Positions 38,194-40,375 of a stretch of 40,375 nt of DNA are shown here, piece by piece. The stretch spans positions 1-40,375 of IMG/VR virus record IMGVR_UViG_3300033076_001546, one strand, 5' to 3'. The translations under genes and the position numbers were made by a program. Position 1 is the first letter of the stretch. Each line of letters begins with the position of its first letter. Source of the stretch: a virus. Lineage: Duplodnaviria > Caudoviricetes. Under the pieces are notes generated by a model. It saw only the letters and a list, made by a program, of their open reading frames with translations. It was not told the DNA's origin and made no database searches.

Positions 38194-40075
38194 TATGACC
38201 TACCCTAAATATTTCATTTGAAGAAACTGTTAAATTATTTTGTTCTTGCTGATCTAGTTTAAATACAAATTGTATTCTTCTGCCGTAAAATAATTCAGAA
38301 TTAAAAAAAGGAAACCAATAATAGTCTTTTTCTTTTATACATTTTGTTGCATTTTGTAATTTTGTTAAAGGTATTAATATCTCTCTAGTGTCATAGTCTA
38401 TTAGTTCATAGAAAACATCACCTACATCTAATCCTTCTAAACCATACGGAGTTTTAACAAAATCATGTTGAGCATCTAAGTCATAAAATATTACAGACAT
38501 TTTATAAATAGAATTTAAAAGACTTAAATCATGAGCAAAAAGTTTAACATTTGATCGTAATCTTTTAAAAGTATTTGTTGTTTGATAGGTATTTCTATAG
38601 ACTTTTTTGATTTCTGAAAATATTGTAGTATTTTCTTTCTGCCATTCAAAATTAAATTCTAGATAATCTTTTGTTAATAATAGATTTAATATTTCTTCAT
38701 TGTCTAATGAACCAATTACCCATGATGATTTGTATACACCAACATTTTGATTGTCTTTGATATCTGTCAACTGTGAAACATTAAATTGTCCTTCAAATAT
38801 AGGATTAGTCGAACCTGATACTAGATCAATTGATGTAATTATCAATGAAAGATCACCATCTTCTACATCGATAATTTGATTATTATTTAATTTTTTAATA
38901 TTTGTTAGTTTTCCACCAGTTTTATTGTAAAGCAAAGAGTTATTACTTTGATCAAAATAAAAATTAATATTAGATGAAACATAATAACTCGAATCATCGA
39001 TCATGATATTTAAGACTGGTTTAAGAATTCTATTTCTTACATTTGAAGATGCAAAACGTTTTGCAAAATATGTTTCATCATCATATAAGCTTTGACTTGA
39101 AAATTGAACGACTAAACCATGATTAATTAATGCATCATTTTGTTTCCAAAAAGATTTATAGATATTTGTAATATCAATTTCTAGATCTTCAGATGCATCA
39201 AATGTTTGTTGGCATAATTTAAAATCAGTTCCATTCCAGTGTGTAACGACATCAGTATTTTGAATACTTCCACTTTTCTCTATTAAACCTATACTGCCTG
39301 AAGTCTCCCAATAAAATTTCTGATTTGTTTGTCCATCATAATTTGCTAAAATAAAGTTTGCAGTGTCTATATCTTGAAGATTGTATATATCTCTACCTAT
39401 ACCTTCATTGAACTCTTTTGCTAAAGGTAAAACTTCTAAAGTATAATCTTTAGGTTTTGATATGCCTGAAGTTACATCTTTCATATGAAGCTTTATAGAA
39501 ATGTAATCTTTTACTCTTTCGTAATTAAAATATTCATTTATTTTTTCTAAATCAAACTTTAATAAACCTATTGAATATTCCACTCTAGAAAAATCCTGAA
39601 TTAACTTTATTGTATTGTCTATAGGAATATTTAAATTTACATTTCCTGTGAAACCTGATTTATCCTGCGTTAACGAGATTAAACCTGTGTTAGTATGAAC
39701 TTCACAAACAATGCCTTTATATGGAGTATTGATTAAATCCTTAACTTTATTGGAAATAGTTTCAATATTACTTACATTATTTAAACCGATAATTATTACA
39801 CCATTAGATAATCCACTATCGGCTATATTAATAGAATGATCAAATTTAAAAGTATAAGTTACGTTAGAAAAATTTAAAAAGCTAAACGTTAATTGATCAG
39901 TAGGTCTTGATAGAATTTTAAAAATAGCCTGTTGCTTTATTTTTGAATTTTCATTATAGATTTTATATAAATCAATAGTAGATGATCTTCCAAAATTTGC
40001 ATATTTTCCGTCTGTATTTAAATACATTCGATTTGTGATATAAGTGTCTTTTTTGCAAGGATAAACAATGTACAT
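38186..40075 (-). CDS. DNRLRE/CBM96-like domain virion protein (629 aa)
   Basis: KDTYIT...NFG, GLLKFDL, LEIDITN, NHGLVV and FASSN...KPVLNI follow the DNRLRE-type pattern. 8-nt overlap with the next gene. Confidence 0.6.
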   Translation of the reverse strand: MYIVYPCKKDTYITNRMYLNTDGKYANFGRSSTIDLYKIYNENSKIKQQAIFKILSRPTDQLTFSFLNFSNVTYTFKFDHSINIADSGLSNGVIIIGLNNVSNIETISNKVKDLINTPYKGIVCEVHTNTGLISLTQDKSGFTGNVNLNIPIDNTIKLIQDFSRVEYSIGLLKFDLEKINEYFNYERVKDYISIKLHMKDVTSGISKPKDYTLEVLPLAKEFNEGIGRDIYNLQDIDTANFILANYDGQTNQKFYWETSGSIGLIEKSGSIQNTDVVTHWNGTDFKLCQQTFDASEDLEIDITNIYKSFWKQNDALINHGLVVQFSSQSLYDDETYFAKRFASSNVRNRILKPVLNIMIDDSSYYVSSNINFYFDQSNNSLLYNKTGGKLTNIKKLNNNQIIDVEDGDLSLIITSIDLVSGSTNPIFEGQFNVSQLTDIKDNQNVGVYKSSWVIGSLDNEEILNLLLTKDYLEFNFEWQKENTTIFSEIKKVYRNTYQTTNTFKRLRSNVKLFAHDLSLLNSIYKMSVIFYDLDAQHDFVKTPYGLEGLDVGDVFYELIDYDTREILIPLTKLQNATKCIKEKDYYWFPFFNSELFYGRRIQFVFKLDQQEQNNLTVSSNEIFRVGHNG

Positions 40076-40082
40076 ATTTTTC

Positions 40083-40112
40083 CAATATTTAATTTCTTAA
40101 GATTAAATATTG
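40083..40112. repeat. Perfect 11-bp inverted repeat (CAATATTTAAT / ATTAAATATTG, 8-nt loop) filling the spacer before the 629-aa gene
   Basis: Arms at 40083-40093 and 40102-40112. The mRNA 5' arm contains ATATTTA; the 3' arm runs into the GGA of the SD. Confidence 0.75.
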
Positions 40113-40114
40113 AA

Positions 40115-40375
40115 CTATACAACTACTTGAACATTAATATTATATTCAGGATATTTCATTTCAAATATTGCTCCTGTAGGAGGATATAAAACATCATTAT
40201 AGTTTATCGTAATAGGATTAAAAGAATTATTTGAATAAATTATTTCTTCTATTCTAGGATCTCCTGGAGAAGGCAATCTGGATCCGGTAACAGATGTTAT
40301 AAAATCTTTTTTATCTGATGCTATAGAATAAACATTTGGTGTGTTAATTGCGATATTGTATATATCGTCAAGTAT
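40115..40375 (-). CDS. C-terminal 86 aa of a probable baseplate wedge subunit (T4 gp6/baseplate J-like), truncated at the right edge
   Basis: Manual translation ILDDIYNIAINTPNVYSI...VLYPPTGAIFEMKYPEYNINVQVVV*. The YP...IFExKYP ending resembles C-termini of gp6-like wedges of large myoviruses. Not in the supplied ORF track. Confidence 0.6.
   Translation of the reverse strand: MLDDIYNIAINTPNVYSIASDKKDFITSVTGSRLPSPGDPRIEEIIYSNNSFNPITINYNDVLYPPTGAIFEMKYPEYNINVQVVV

Noticed and set aside
886-40114. Intrinsic (Rho-independent) terminators
   Set aside because: The intergenic hairpins are AT-rich, lack a GC stem followed by a U-tract on the coding strand, and sit on the downstream RBS, so they were not called as terminators.
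1-40375. Alternative genetic code (TAG or TGA recoding, seen in some large phages)
   Set aside because: Genes tile the window intact under the standard code. TAG (1287, 11265, 30020, 40115) and TGA (2906, 12241) end genes at sensible boundaries.

Overview
This 40.4 kb window is a very AT-rich, almost fully coding segment of a large (probably jumbo) tailed dsDNA phage of the class Caudoviricetes, with T4-type head and packaging proteins. All credible genes are on the minus strand and use the standard code (TAA, TAG and TGA all end genes). In transcription order (right to left) there are three modules. (1) A ~27.5 kb putative baseplate/receptor-binding module: the C-terminus of a gp6-like wedge protein, a DNRLRE-like protein, a LamG/gp7-like protein, several very large N/K/I/F-rich proteins, an FN3 protein, and two pairs of paralogues that look like separated halves of a tail-collar (DUF3751-like) domain. 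(2) A tightly coupled DNA-processing block: RuvC-like resolvase, DnaG-type primase, a single-chain Mre11-Rad50 (SbcD-SbcC) fusion with an atypical CX6C hook, and a small Zn-finger protein. (3) A head module: large terminase, a gp20-like portal with a Gly/Pro-rich tail, an unknown helical protein, a gp21-like prohead protease, and small proteins rich in L/I/V-x-E putative cleavage motifs. Most short intergenic spacers hold a TATAAT/ATAATTTA-type motif together with an inverted repeat that would mask or abut the next ribosome-binding site or AUG. No tRNA, CRISPR array, intein or mobile element was recognised. All family assignments come from motif recognition by eye; no database searches were run.
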